64,000 nucleotides of DNA from the NCBI GenBank assembly GCA_964035575.1, contig OZ037844.1:372001-436000 (forward strand), given 5' to 3'. Position 1 is the first letter of the stretch. Every line of letters starts with the position of its first letter. This document shows, piece after piece, positions 24,640 through 37,047 of the stretch. The notes beneath the pieces were generated by a model, which was not told where the DNA came from, searched no databases, and saw only the letters and a program-made list of their open reading frames with translations. The translations under genes were made by a program, and so were the position numbers. The stretch is from Rhynchopus sp. YZ270_cl-10 (taxonomy: Eukaryota).

Positions 24640-26195
24640 GTACACCTTCAAAATTTTTTCCGCTCGCTACGCTCGCGGAGGTACACCTTCAATTTTTTCC
24701 CCGCTCGCTTCGCTCGCGGAAGTACACCTTAAAAATTTTCCGCTCGCTACGCCAGGCCTTTTTCTAAATCCGGTCCCCGTCCCAGATTTGGAAAAATAAA
24801 TTTTTTTCCCGCACTTTTTTTCCCGCCGTCTCTACTGCGTTTTAGGGGTTCACAGGGGCTCAGAGGAGCCCGAGAAAAAATACCACGTGTCTGGATGAGA
24901 CCGCTCATGCAAAATAACCAGTTTTTGGGGGAGGGAAAAAAAAGGGGGGGAGGGGTGCCGAATCCAGAATGGCCCCCCACCATCACCAAGTCCCCCTGTG
25001 GTTGAACGGGAGTACCTTGGGGAACTGGGTTGCTGACCGCACCATCCAGGCTGTACCTCAAATTTTTTTTGCCTGCGGCGCCATTTTTCATTTTTTGCTC
25101 GCAAAAAAGGGTTCGTTGAGTGACTCTGTGGTGTAAAAAGCTAGATTTTTACACCGTGCCCTAAATTTTTTTTTGCCTGCGGCGCCATTTTTTTTGTATT
25201 TTTTTTGCTCCGCAAAAAAAAATACAGTCCATCTGTTCCCAATGTCTTCCCTGTTCAGCATCGCCAAAAAATATCTCATGGACCACACTTCGCTGAGGCG
25301 GTGCACGAACCAATGGTTCATTTTCTTTCAAGTCTGCCTCGATAAAGAAATCTCTGAAACTCATCAGAAAACAGTGGTAGTTTTTCCGAGAGACCACAAA
25401 GTGAGGTGGGCAAACGCCACTTTCGGAGGATTACTGCAGCCCTGGCCAACCTGGAGCCCTCCATCACCCTCGTCGAGGCACAAGTACCCCCTCCGCCATT
25501 CTTCCACACTATCCGTGAGGACAATTTTACGCTGCGTATGAGTAAGGGGCCAGCCCATATCAGCTTTGTCTAAAAAATCCCTCCACCCATCACCCAAATA
25601 TGGCCCAGATTGTGTTCAAATGGGTCAAATTTTCACAGCGCTTCCCAAATTTGTCATGGAGGCGGGCGCAAAGCGCAAAAAAACCCCGAAAAAGGGCACA
25701 AAAATCACACAAAAAAGACGCGAAAAGGGCGGGAAAAGGGCGGGAAAAAAACCGGTCCCCAGCCGAAAAAACCCCGGAAAATAGGCCCGTCACGGTTCAG
25801 GCCTGCGCTACGCTCGCGGAGGTACACCTTCAATTTTTTTCCCGCTCGCTTCGCTCGCGGAAGTACACCTTAAAAATTTTCCGCTCGCTACGCTCGCGGA
25901 GGTACACCTTAAAATATTTTCCCGCTCGCTGCGCTCGCGGCGGTACACCTTCAAAAAATTTTCCGCTCGCTACGCTCGCGGAGGTACACCTTAAAATATT
26001 TTCCCGCTCGCTTCGCTCGCGGAAGTACACCTTAAAAATTTTCCGCTCGCTACGCTCGCGGAGGTACACCTTAAAATATTTTCCCGCTCGCTGCGCTCGC
26101 GGCGGTACACCTTCAAAAAATTTTCCGCTCGCTTCGCTCGCGGAAGTACACCTTAAAAATTTTCCGCTCGCTACGCTCGCGGAGGTACACCTTAA
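24640..26195. repeat. About 39-41 bp tandem repeat (CGCTCGCTWCGCTCGCGGARGTACACCTTAAAA..TTTTCC), interrupted by the 24753-25805 element
   Basis: About 3 units before and about 10 after the insertion; related units at 16797-16853. Confidence 0.9.
24753..25805. mobile_element. hAT-like element, 8-bp TSD, inserted in the tandem repeat
   Basis: CAGGCCT ... AGGCCTG termini; TSD CGCTACGC at 24745-24752 and 25806-25813; left end resembles that of the 18612 element. Confidence 0.8.
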
Positions 26196-27600
26196 ACTTT
26201 AAATTTTTGTTAACCCCTTACCCCAAGCCGTTTTTTGGACCCACTCAGAGATTACGCTCCACGTGTGGAACGTATGGAAATCCATACGTGAATTGTTTTT
26301 GAAAAGGTGGAATCCATACGTGTCCATACTTAGGTAATTTGGGTTTTGGATTGGGGCTGGGGTGGGGTAGGTGAGGGGTGGGGCTCCGCCCCCACCTCTC
26401 ACCTACCCCCTACAGAATCCTATTTGTAGGAGACAATTTTCTATTTTACCGGAAAAGGAGCATGCAGCATGGCGAAAGAAAAAAAGTAGCGTACCGTGCG
26501 CCTGCGGCGCTAGATTGCAGTACACCCTTCCCGTGACATAGTAGGCAATTTTAATCGCAATTTTAGAAATGTTGCGTACCGTGGCTTCGCCAGTGCCATG
26601 ACTGATGATTTCTCCAGTTCTTCGAACTTTCACAGCCCTTCTCAACTAACTTTGCCAGGGAGAGCGCGCGCGAAGCGCGAATTGTTTTTGCTTAGAATTG
26701 TACGTGTTGAAAATCCATACGTACTTTTTTTTATTTTTGGGGGAGCTGCGTAATCCCTGGACCCACTTTTGAGTTTTGGTTTTTGGGACTTTCCAACCGG
26801 TAAAGGGACCCCAGATGCAAATGTTTGATCGTACCTGGCCGTAATTGAAAGATTTTGAACACGGCTTTCAATTCCATTTTTTAAGTACCTATCCCCCCCG
26901 TGGATATGTCCGGACCCATTTTGATGTGTTTTTGCCCGGCACTTTCCTGAAAATTTTCCGGACATATCCACATATGAGGGGAGATGCCCCGCCAACGTGC
27001 GGGGCCGAAAGCTCGGAATGGGTTTTTGCCCGTAAACTCGTGTTTTTTTTTTTTTTTTTGAAATATGATTTTGAAATATGAAATATGATATATGATGCCC
27101 CCCAAAACCCCTTCTTACCGATAGCCCTGCTGTCAGGGGGGAAAAAAAAAATTTTTTTTTTCCAGCTGAAAATTGTCTTTGCCAAAAAAAAATGTTTCGC
27201 GGTTTCAAACGTGGGGGGCAAAAAAAAGCCACCCATATGCAATCAATAAAGTGATAGTACATGGCGCTGTGTGAAAAAACGAGTATTTTTCTGCGCGTGA
27301 TAAATTGGGGGAGAATAAAACACTTGTTGCAACGAGCTTGTTGCATTCCCACTATCGTTTCCGCTGCGCACGTACTTAGGAAAAAAGGGCAAAACCCGAA
27401 TGAGGTATTGCCTTGTCCTAGTCCCTTCTAACCTTGACCAAAATGCAAGTGGTTGAAATACAATTCTTGCTCTGTGTGTAAACTGTTTCATCTACAGATT
27501 CTTCTCAGAGACACGTCAGATGTCAGGGACGAGAAGTGGAAGTGCTCGTACCCCATACTGCCGTCGACGCTGGCACGAGGGGCTTGACGCGTCCACAGCA

Positions 27601-29193
27601 TCATTCTTCTGCACCGTGCTTGAGGAGAACCTGCTCCACATCTGCATGTTGTTTCTCCTTCGCATAGTGCAACGCAGTGTGGCCCAAAAAATCCCCGTGG
27701 ATCACATCCACCTTGTTCAAGCCCACAAGATAGCGCACAGTCTCGGTGTATCCAAAATATGCCGCAACGATAAGACATGTGTACCCATCGTCGTCCACCA
27801 CACTCACGTCCGCACCTGCTTCCACCAACATCTTCACAATTTTCAGTTCCCCACCCTCACAAGCCCAGTGAAGAGGTGTGCTTCCTCTATAATCCTTTGC
27901 ATCGATGTCTGCCCCTGCATCAATGAGCAACTTCGACACAGCTGAGTGCTTCGATAACACTGCGCGGTGCAGTGGAGTTAAGTCCTCGTTATTTGACCGA
28001 TTCACATCCACCTCAGGCATGCACAGAAGAGTACGTACAGTCTTGGTGTGTCCATTGTCAGCCGCAAGCATGACACACGTCTCTCCTTCGTTGTCTGTGA
28101 CACGCACTCCTGCACCTGCTCTGACCAACATCTTCACCACTCGCAGATTCCCAAACTCGCTCTCCGCGAGGAGTGGCGAACGTCCGTTGTTATGCTTAAC
28201 CTCAATGTCTGCCCCTGCATCAAGGAGCACCTCCACCACATTTGCATGGTGTTCATCAGCTGCATGGAGCAACGCAGTGCAGCCGTCATTATCCTTGTGA
28301 TCCACGTCGACCTGCGGCAAACCCACAAGATAGCGCACAGTCTCAGTGTGTCCAAGATGCGCCGCATCGATAAGACATGTGTGCCCATTCTCCTCTGTAG
28401 CACACACATCTGCACCTGCTTCCACCAACATCTTCACAATGTCGAGTTCCCCACCCTCAGAAGCATAGTGAAGAGGTGTGATTCCTCTAACATCCTTTGC
28501 ATCGATGTCTGCCCCTGCATCAATGAGCAACTTCGACACATCTGAGTGCTTCTTTAACACTGCGCCGTGCAGAGCAGAGTCGTCGGTGTGTCCATGACAT
28601 GCCGCAAACATAAGACATGTGCATCCGCAGTTGCACGTACTACACACTCCCGCACCTGCTTCCACCAACATCTTCACAACTGCGAGTGCTCCTGAACGAC
28701 AAGCCAAGTGCAGAGGCGAACGTCCCATGTCATCCTTTGTCTCGATGTCTGCCCCTGCATCAATGAGCACCTGACACACTGCAGGGTCCTCCCACATGGC
28801 TGGACAGGGTCGGTTTTCTCCTTCCTCCTTCCCGTGTGGGACAAACGCAACGTTGCTGCAGACTGACTTCCAATGCTGCAAGAGGACCTCCGTGCACGCA
28901 GTGTGGTCTGCGTGGACGCACTCACTCAGCAGCATCCCGAAGCCCATCTGCGTTGTCTCAACATACGGAAGAAGCAGTGCGAGGCATTCATCGTGGTTCC
29001 CTCTGCATGCCTCGTGCACAGCATCGAAGGCAACCGTTTTGCTGTCTGTGTCTGGTCTGAGCTTCTTCAGTCCCACCCGCACGGCAGTCGTGTCGCCGTT
29101 CCTGGCAGCCTCCACCAAGACCGAGTCTGCAGAAACTGTTGTGCTGTGTGGTGTCTCGTCAGGTGTGCTGTCTGCGTGTTGCTCCTTCGACAT
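27601..29193 (-). CDS. Ankyrin-repeat protein, copy 4 (4 modules, in-frame deletion in module 1)
   Basis: The family start MSKEQ is the ATG at 29193 (530 aa). The GHT|DDSALH junction lacks roughly 20 aa relative to paralogs. Confidence 0.9.
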   Translation of the reverse strand: MSKEQHADSTPDETPHSTTVSADSVLVEAARNGDTTAVRVGLKKLRPDTDSKTVAFDAVHEACRGNHDECLALLLPYVETTQMGFGMLLSECVHADHTACTEVLLQHWKSVCSNVAFVPHGKEEGENRPCPAMWEDPAVCQVLIDAGADIETKDDMGRSPLHLACRSGALAVVKMLVEAGAGVCSTCNCGCTCLMFAACHGHTDDSALHGAVLKKHSDVSKLLIDAGADIDAKDVRGITPLHYASEGGELDIVKMLVEAGADVCATEENGHTCLIDAAHLGHTETVRYLVGLPQVDVDHKDNDGCTALLHAADEHHANVVEVLLDAGADIEVKHNNGRSPLLAESEFGNLRVVKMLVRAGAGVRVTDNEGETCVMLAADNGHTKTVRTLLCMPEVDVNRSNNEDLTPLHRAVLSKHSAVSKLLIDAGADIDAKDYRGSTPLHWACEGGELKIVKMLVEAGADVSVVDDDGYTCLIVAAYFGYTETVRYLVGLNKVDVIHGDFLGHTALHYAKEKQHADVEQVLLKHGAEE

Positions 29194-29820
29194 GGTTTTT
29201 GAAGATGTTGATTCAATGTTGTGTCTTTTGTGCTGTTTCTTTTTGTGGAGGTTGTGAGGTGAGTGGGTGTCCTTGAACTGCCTCCCACCCTTGACAAGCA
29301 CAGCCACAGTGGAAAATGGGTGGTGTGGAAGTCTCCCTCCTGAGGGTGGTGGTGGGAATCTATCTGCCTTAAGACGAGGAGGTGAGGGAGGGGGTCTGTA
29401 AGATAAAAACATCGTTCAGTCTTGTTCATTTTCATAATGTATTTACCAGGTGGAAAAATCGCTCACTCACCCCAAACGACGGAGTTTTGTGTTGGTGGTG
29501 TCTGCCTGCTCAAGGAGAACCTGCACTGCACACGACAGCTTGTTCTGTTCTGCATTCTTTGTTGAAATGCTCCTTCTTCACACATCCAGTGATGAAGGGG
29601 AAAGAAGGTCAAAACCCGAATGAGGTATTGCCTTGTCCTAGTCCCTTCTAACCTTGACCAAAATGCAAGTGGTTGAAATACAATTCTTGCTCTGTGTGTA
29701 AACTGTTTCATCTACAGATTCTTCTCGGAGACACGTCAGATGTCAGGGACGAGAAGTGGAAGTGCTCGTACCCCATACTGCCGTCGACGCTGGCACGAGG
29801 GGCTTGACGCGTCCACAGCA

Positions 29821-31185
29821 TCATTCTTCTGCACCGTGCTTGAGGAGAACCTGCTCCACATCTGTATGTTGTTTCTCCCTCGCATGGTGCAATGCAGTGT
29901 GGCCCAAAAAATCCCTCTGGTTCACATCCACCTCCCGCAAGCCAACGAGATAGCGCACAGTCTCGGTGTGTCCAAAATACGCCGCATCGATAAGACACGT
30001 GTACCCATCGTCGTCCACCACACACACATCTGCACCTGCTTCCATCAACATCTGCACAATTTTTAGTTCCCCACCCTCACAAGCCCAGTGAAGAGATGTC
30101 CTTCCTTTACCAGACTTTGCCTCGATGTCTGCCCCTGCATCAATGAGCAACTTTGACACATCTGAGTGTTTCACTATCACTGCGAAGTGCAGTGGAGTGA
30201 CGCCCTCGGTATATGAGCCATTCACGTCCACCTCAGGCATGCACAGAAGAGTACGCATAGTCTCGGTGTGTCCCAAAGAAGCCGCACTGGTGAGACACGT
30301 ATGTCCCGTACTATCGGTGACACACACGTCAGCACCTGCTCTGACCAACATCTTCACAAACTGGGGATTCCCACGATAGCTCGCCTCAAGGAGTGGCGAA
30401 TGTCCGTCGGTGTACTTAACCTCAATGTCTGCCCCTGCATCAATGAGCACCTGCATCACATCTGCATGGTTTCGAAATACTGCACCGAACATCGCAGACA
30501 AGTGGTCCTCAGCTTTGTGATTCAGGTCCCCACTCTTCAAACCCACAAGATAGCGCACAGTCTCGGTGTGTCCATGATATGCCGCAAAAATAAGACATGT
30601 GTTTCCTTTGTTGCACGTACCACACACTCCCGCACCTGCTGCCACCAAAAATTTCGCAACTGCGAGTGCTCCTGAACGACAAGCAAAGTGCAGAGCCGAA
30701 CGTCCCATGTCGTCCTTTGTCTCGATGTCTGCCCCTGCATCAATGAGCACCTGACACACTGCAGGGTCCTCCCACATGGCTGGACAGGGTCGGTCTTTGA
30801 TGTCCTCCTGCCCGTGTGGGACAAACGCAACGTTGCTGCAGACAGACTTCCAATGCTGCAAGAGGACCTCCGTGCACGCAGTGTGGTCTGCGTGGACGCA
30901 CTCACTCAGTAGCATCCCGAAGCCCATCTGCGTTGTCTCAACATACGGAAGAAGCAGTGCGAGGCATTCATCGTGGTTCCCTCTGCATGCCTCGTGCACA
31001 GCATCGAAGGCAACCGTTTTGCTGTCTGTGTCTGGGCTGAGCTTCTCAAGTCCCGCCCGCACGGCAGTTGTGTCGCCGTTCCTGGCAGCCTCCACCAAGA
31101 CCTCGTCTGCAGAAAGCTTTCTTCTCTTTGGTGCCTTCTCGTCAGGTGTGCTGTCTGCGTGTTGTTTCGACGAGGTGAGACCCAT
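29821..31185 (-). CDS. Ankyrin-repeat protein, copy 5 (3 modules; rearranged 5' end)
   Basis: The family ATG is lost; the nearest in-frame ATG is at 31185 (MGLTSSKQHAD...). Confidence 0.85.
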   Translation of the reverse strand: MGLTSSKQHADSTPDEKAPKRRKLSADEVLVEAARNGDTTAVRAGLEKLSPDTDSKTVAFDAVHEACRGNHDECLALLLPYVETTQMGFGMLLSECVHADHTACTEVLLQHWKSVCSNVAFVPHGQEDIKDRPCPAMWEDPAVCQVLIDAGADIETKDDMGRSALHFACRSGALAVAKFLVAAGAGVCGTCNKGNTCLIFAAYHGHTETVRYLVGLKSGDLNHKAEDHLSAMFGAVFRNHADVMQVLIDAGADIEVKYTDGHSPLLEASYRGNPQFVKMLVRAGADVCVTDSTGHTCLTSAASLGHTETMRTLLCMPEVDVNGSYTEGVTPLHFAVIVKHSDVSKLLIDAGADIEAKSGKGRTSLHWACEGGELKIVQMLMEAGADVCVVDDDGYTCLIDAAYFGHTETVRYLVGLREVDVNQRDFLGHTALHHAREKQHTDVEQVLLKHGAEE

Positions 31186-32024
31186 GGAGTAAATGGTCAA
31201 GCTGACGTGAGTCCTGGAGGTGAGGAGGTGAGGGAGGGTGCGTGCGAGATAAAAACATCACCCAGTCTTTGTTCATGTTCATAATGTATTTGCGCACCCA
31301 GTGGAAAAAATCGCTTTGAAAAAAGATACCTTCTTGTGTACCCTCTTTTACGAACAGTGTCATATGGAGCTTTGTGGGGTTGTGAAGACCAGATCATACC
31401 TTCGTAAGAAGGTCTGGAGCTTTGGTAACAACAGAAAATTATTACGCCTCCACTCGACGTTTGGATAAAGAAAACTAGAGATGAAAGAGGGTTTGGGGGA
31501 AGAGTTTAATTTGGCCTTGATTGTTAGGAATTCTTGAACGCATCCCCACACTCAGTCACACCTTTGATACATGACCGGTGCACTGGGTGGATCCCAACAA
31601 TGCAATCCTACATCCATTTCGAGAAAAAGCGAATACATAAAAAGCGTGGGGTTTTAAAGAAAGGTTGAAGAGTGCACAGAGGCACATTTTTTAAAAGGGT
31701 AAATCCTCTCTTCATCACCCCCCTTGTGAAAGGGGAATTCGAGAGTCTTCCTACATTTGATAGCTACGTTGCAATTTGACGCCTTTTCTGCCAAACATAT
31801 ATGACTATTGTAATTTGGATTTATTGCAGCGGCGCAGACAGGTCTTCACTGTCCAAAAAAGCAAGACCCCAAAAAATCTGCCACTTACACAGTGTACAAA
31901 AGGGACGCAAGGAAAGGGGTCCTTGGGGTGTCTTCGCATGGACTTACAGCGTCGCTTACTGGAAGATAGCAGTTGGTAGAGATGGTCTTGGGTTGGGGGG
32001 GGGGGGGGGGAAAGGTTTGCCTCT

Positions 32025-35000
32025 TTACCTTCTCATTTGATGCTTGAGTATGGCCCTTTCTTCTGCCTCTTCTGTAAGGACATCTGCCCTTGCTTGCGAG
32101 CACCCCACGACCACCCACACCGCGGCACTGTGCTCCGGGTCTGCAAAGGCCTCTGACAGCGTGAGGACGGTGTTCGCAACCGCGACCCCTTTGAGACCAC
32201 GCAGGCGGAGCACCCCGGCACTCCCCCCGACCACGGTGTTGTGCTCCTGGCGGAGGCGAGCGCATTCACGCAGCGACTCATCTGAGGCGGCCCTAAGCGA
32301 GGTTGCTGTGTTGTGCGCAAGGAGCAGCACCTCTCTGCGTGCCATGCGCTCCTCCGGGAACAGTGCTGCGCAAGGGTGGTCGGTGTCCGTGGTGTGTGGT
32401 GGTGGTGGCAGTGGTGGTGGTTGCAGTGCAGGAGATGTGGAGGTGAGCATGGCACCCCACACCTCTGCCCGCGCACCCCCCTCCTCCCGCAGAAGCAGAC
32501 GTCTCTCGACGTTCATCGCGCGCACCACGCAGAGACGCTCCTGGTGGAATTCTTCGAAGCGGCGCCGCTCGACACTCTTGGCAGGACGGCGTACGCATTT
32601 GCCTACTGTGGCTGCGGCGAAGTCGGCTTCTTCAAATGCAATAAGTTCCTGCAGGTCTTGCTGTTTTTTTTTGTGGGTTTTTTTTTTGTGGTTTTTGTGG
32701 TGCATACCTCCTTCCGCAGACGAATCCGCTGTGTGTACAAAAATATTGCGCGTCTGCGTGCAGCGTACCTGCGATAGGCTCGTTGCAGCAGCGCTGCGGC
32801 CGCACTGTCGCTGTCATAGAAGTGCATGGCCTCGTGGAGGTCCGCGGCACGTTGTTCGCTGTGGTGTGCGAAGAGGGCGTGCCGTACAGTGCGTTGTGCC
32901 TGGGTAACGCGGAGGAAGCGTTGCAGAGTGCACGCTGCGTTGGCCTCAGCCACGCTCGCAAGCTCTGACCGGTAGCGTGCAACCAGCGTGCCTGCGCGAG
33001 GCCGCGTCACCCCCGCATGCAACAACGTTGCATCGCACGCCACCCTCGCCCTCGCCCACCGCTGCACCATCTCAGCACACCGCCCCTTCTCCCTCCCACA
33101 CGCCACCTGCAAAGCGTCCTCCATAAGAAACGTACGCAACGCTGGTCCACATGCTTCAAAGCACACAGCCCACAGCAACGTTGTACATGGTCTTTCGCGT
33201 TGGATAAAGTCTGCTTCGGGATGAGTCTCCTCCTGTGGGTTTTTGATAAAATAGAAAAATTAAATTCTAGAATTTCAGGCAAAAAAAAAATGCTTCCACG
33301 GTTCCAGAAAATTTGGAATAAGTCTCCTCTTGGAAAATACTTCAAAATAAAAAAATATTCCATTATTTTGAAGGGTTTTTTCATACCTCCTCACGAATCA
33401 ACCAGAAAAGCTTGTTAAGATATGTTGTCGGATACGCTGCGAACGACGCTGTCACTGAAACAGGACATTCCGACTTCGCGACTGAATAGATTTGCCTTAG
33501 ACCCCTCCAATGCCGACTACGAGGCGGCTCTGCCATGACGTCGGGCTCCGCAATGCGCATCACTGCATTCAGGTGGGCGAGCGGTACACTCTCCTCAACA
33601 CCATAAAGACGCGCATCCTCTTGTGCCTGCGTCGAAGCCTCTGCTGAGGTGGCGTGCCCTGTACTCCTCCGCATTAGCAGTTCATAACGCAACCTTGCGT
33701 CTCTTTTTTGCGCCACCAACACATCGTCTGCCGCACCCCTACACAGCATCATCATCGGGTATTTCTCTTCGTCTCCAGCGATGACCTTCCCCAAAAGAAT
33801 TATTTTTGCAAACCCTGCCTCCTCGCTTGTTAGAGACAGCACCCTTTCCAACGAATGTCTATCCGTTGAGTTCAGCGTTCCTCCATCTTGAAGATACCGC
33901 AGCTCCGTTTTCATAATTTCATCGTCAGTGAGAGGCCGTTCTTTGCCTCCAAATGGGTAGTTTGTGATGTCCAACGGAAATGCTTTGTTAGGTACCGGTT
34001 GCTTCGATGCAGCGAATGATTGAAGACGTTGCAGATAACATTGCATCCTATGCGCCTCAAGGGAGCGAGGTCGGAGAAATCCTAAAGAAAACTGAAGGGT
34101 GCGTGCGATAGCAGAGTCATCTGTGTGATGCACAACTGCCTCAGATTTGTCATCAGTTTTCTCTCCAAATTCTACCAAAGAGCTGCCAACAAAATGATAC
34201 TTTTCCAAAAAGGGTGTGCTAGCAGCAGAAACAAAACGAACCTTTTCCAACCCAAGCCTGCACAACACCGACACCATCCTCTTTGTTGTAACCGAACCCA
34301 ATCCCCTCGGAATTATATCATGCGTTGTTACATATGAATTCACCGAAATCCTCTGTAAAATGCTCTTATCGACATCAGATTCTACGTGAAAAACCTTTGG
34401 TGCGCCGTAAGAATATACTCCAGAGAGCTTCCCACATAAATCCTTCTTATAAGAAAGGAATACACCCAGCAATACCGCGCACGCTCCTCCCATGCTGTGC
34501 CCACAGAGACTGATTTCTAAAGGCTTTCCCACCTCCGTTCTGTATCTCTCCAACACAGGAAGCGTTTCCTTCAACAAAACCGAGGCCCCATTGTGAAAGC
34601 CTTCGTGGCACCTCATTGTAGTCCGAATTGGGTTGTTGAGAAACGGTGGGTGGAGCCGGGTTGGGGTGTACTGTGCGTCCCGGAACATGTCATATGTGTT
34701 TTGTGTCCCAGCAATGCAAATTGTGACCTGGCAGCGTTCCTTGAGCCCACCGTTTTGTGCCAGAATGAGCCACCCTGGGGTGGTTTGGGGCTCGTAGTTT
34801 TCTTCTTCTCTTCCGGAGGTGATTTTTGCAAGGTACTCCTCGTATTGCGTTTTTAGCGCGATGCTCCCAGCATCTAGGAGAGTCTGAAGCCCTGCTACTC
34901 CATTTTTCAATCGTGTAGATGCGGGTCTCATTTCCTTCTTCTCGGTCGCCCTTTGCGCGCCCCAGAGATATTTCAATCCGAAAAACCCGGCATTCTTTTC

Positions 35001-36038
35001 AGGTTGTGAATAACAGAGCTCCGCAATGCTTTCCAACTCCATGATATGGTTTGCGTCTGGATGGGTTTGCTTGGAAATGCCTAGCTTCTCTGCTACAGCA
35101 TTGTTCGTCGCATTCGCCGCAATGCCAGCTACAGTTACCACCTCCTCTGAAGGTAGAGAGGACCTTCCAATCACCTTATGCTCTTCGTGCAAACAGGTTT
35201 GAATAACTTTAAGATAGTCCTTCATTTTTGCAACACATTTTGAGGTCCGCTCATCACAGATAGACACGATAGTGGACGGATCCGCTGTAGGAATTGAATC
35301 AGAAATGACAGAAGCGGAGCCACAATCGGATCGCTCCATTCGCTTCATGTACAACTGCGTTGCGTTCAAAACGGAAATATGCATTTTCGCGGATTCTTCC
35401 CACAGCGGAGCACCGGTAGGCGCACTGTACGCCGTCTGTGCAAACAACCCATACTTTAATGCTGCAGCAGCTTCCTTCGCTTCTTTCCTCTTTTTTTGCA
35501 GCTTCGCCATATTCGAGGTTTTCTTCACCACAACCGGAGGGGGTACCACAACCTCAGGGAGAAATTGTGCACAGAGCGTTTTGACATAAACAAAATCGCT
35601 CATAAACGGTAGCAACTGTATGTGGGAGAGCGGAGGGAACGTTGGTGCAGGTGGGGGTGGCTTTGGTGCGGTTCGTTTTGGCGGAGGAGGTGGAGGAGGA
35701 GGAGGGGGCAGCGCTTTAGGGGGTGGTTGTTGCTGTTTTTGCTGGGCGTGTTGTAGGGCACGTTGTACGCCGGCATCGTGGGAGAGCTCTCGGAGGGCGG
35801 TGAGTTGGGCGTGTTCGGCGCGCATGGTGGCAAGCTCTGTTCGCATGGCCGCCATCTCTTGACCACGTGACCGCAACGCGTCGCGTGCCGTCTGCAGCTC
35901 GACGGCCTGTACATCCTGCCGTGCTGTGAACATCCGCAGCTTTCTGTTCTGTATCTTCAGCGACGTCACCTCCTCGTATGGTGTGCTGTCGGCAGCATGC
36001 ACAATGCTTTGCTCCGTTGCTTTTAAATTTTGAGCCAT
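32025..36038 (-). CDS. Coiled-coil/Pro-rich + class 3 lipase + IQ-motif protein; exons 36038-33387, 33232-32708, 32660-32025 (possible extra exon 31958-31805)
   Basis: Lipase motifs IAGT...DMFRD, CHEGF, CGHSMGG, YSYGAPKV, HDIIPR, AHRM. Two phase-0 GT-AG introns (33386-33233, 32707-32661) join three ORFs in frame. IQ-like ACTLQRFLR and ALLQRAYRRYAARR. Confidence 0.75.
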
Positions 36039-37047
36039 TTTTGGACTTGTATGGGAGGGAGGGGGAGGCTGAAAGCTTTGGTAAAGGAAAGGGCTTTGTA
36101 AGAGGTGTGAGAGTTTGTAAGATGACCCGTAAGCTTCTCGTGCTGTGTCACCTTGAAACAGAGAAAGGGTAGTTGAAACGTGCTAAAATGCAGTCCGGTC
36201 GTGGGTGCAAAGGGTGTGGAGTGGTCCGTACCATTTGGAGACCGGAGGCGGTCCCACAAAACGCTCGGAAAATAATGAAAACCCCCTTCTGATCTTATGT
36301 ATAGTTGGTATGCGACCCCCTCGTCATACGCACTTTCAGTCAGAAGGGGTCTATGGGTTAATTTGGTTTCTGCTCTTTTTGACATCGCCCATGGTATATT
36401 TACAGTTGCTAAAAAGGGGGTGTGTGCATCCACTGGAGAGGGTCAAAAGTGCTCGAACAGGATTTTTTTTTGGATCTGGCAGCAACTGCTTCCCCGTGTT
36501 TCTACCGTATTTCTCCCGGTGGTCAATGTGGGAAAACAATTCTCGTTGGTGAAGCTTTTAAACACCGGTGGTGGGGTCAATTTGCCGAAATGGACAAGTT
36601 CTCGTTGTTGATCAATTTCCTCGCAGTACACAGTAGCCACCAGGAAAAGGGGGAAGATTATTTTCGTTGAACGCAGCCAAAAACAGTGTTTCAGATCTGA
36701 ATTTGGACGCAAGCGATTTTTAAAAAAGGGAGGGAGAAAATAGTCGGTATCAGACGATGAAACGGTGGCTTTATTATTCAGATTTGTAATAACACTGTGT
36801 GTAAGGGGAAAAAGAGAGAGAAAGTGAAAGAGTGGTTGAAACGTTAATTGGAGAACGGAGTCGGTTCACAAACCGCCCAGAAAAAAACCTTAATGTACCA
36901 CACTCTGTTGATTCTAAAAACGGGGGTGGGAAAAATCGCGCATGGAAAAATGGGGGAGATATTGATAAAAGTTGGAAAGCTTCCTCACCCACATCACACT
37001 AAAATACAAAGGTTTGGGTTTGAATGGGGTGGGTTCTTCTTCAGACA

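Larger units (their letters stand above)
16473..27129. mobile_element. hAT-like element (CAGGG termini) carrying further nested insertions
   Basis: TIR CAGGGCTATCGGTAAG / CTTACCGATAGCCCTG; 9-bp direct duplication CTGTCAGGG at 16464-16472 and 27130-27138. Confidence 0.85.
15301..27239. mobile_element. Outer non-autonomous TIR element (about 1.3 kb originally) whose right TIR is split by a 10.7-kb insertion
   Basis: Left TIR 15301-15458 (CATATGGGTG...GTGAAAAAG) matches the reverse complement of 16417-16472 joined to 27139-27239. The ends can also be read as ATAT|GGGTG...CACCC|ATAT. Confidence 0.8.

Noticed and set aside
25225..25541. Possible hAT dimerisation-domain remnant (LFSIAKKYL..HTS)
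   Set aside because: The match is too short, lacks the following ER.FS motif, and other frames are equally plausible. It needs a profile search.
24640..26195. CRISPR-like appearance of the 40-bp repeats
   Set aside because: Head-to-tail units with no unique spacers, no cas genes, eukaryotic context.
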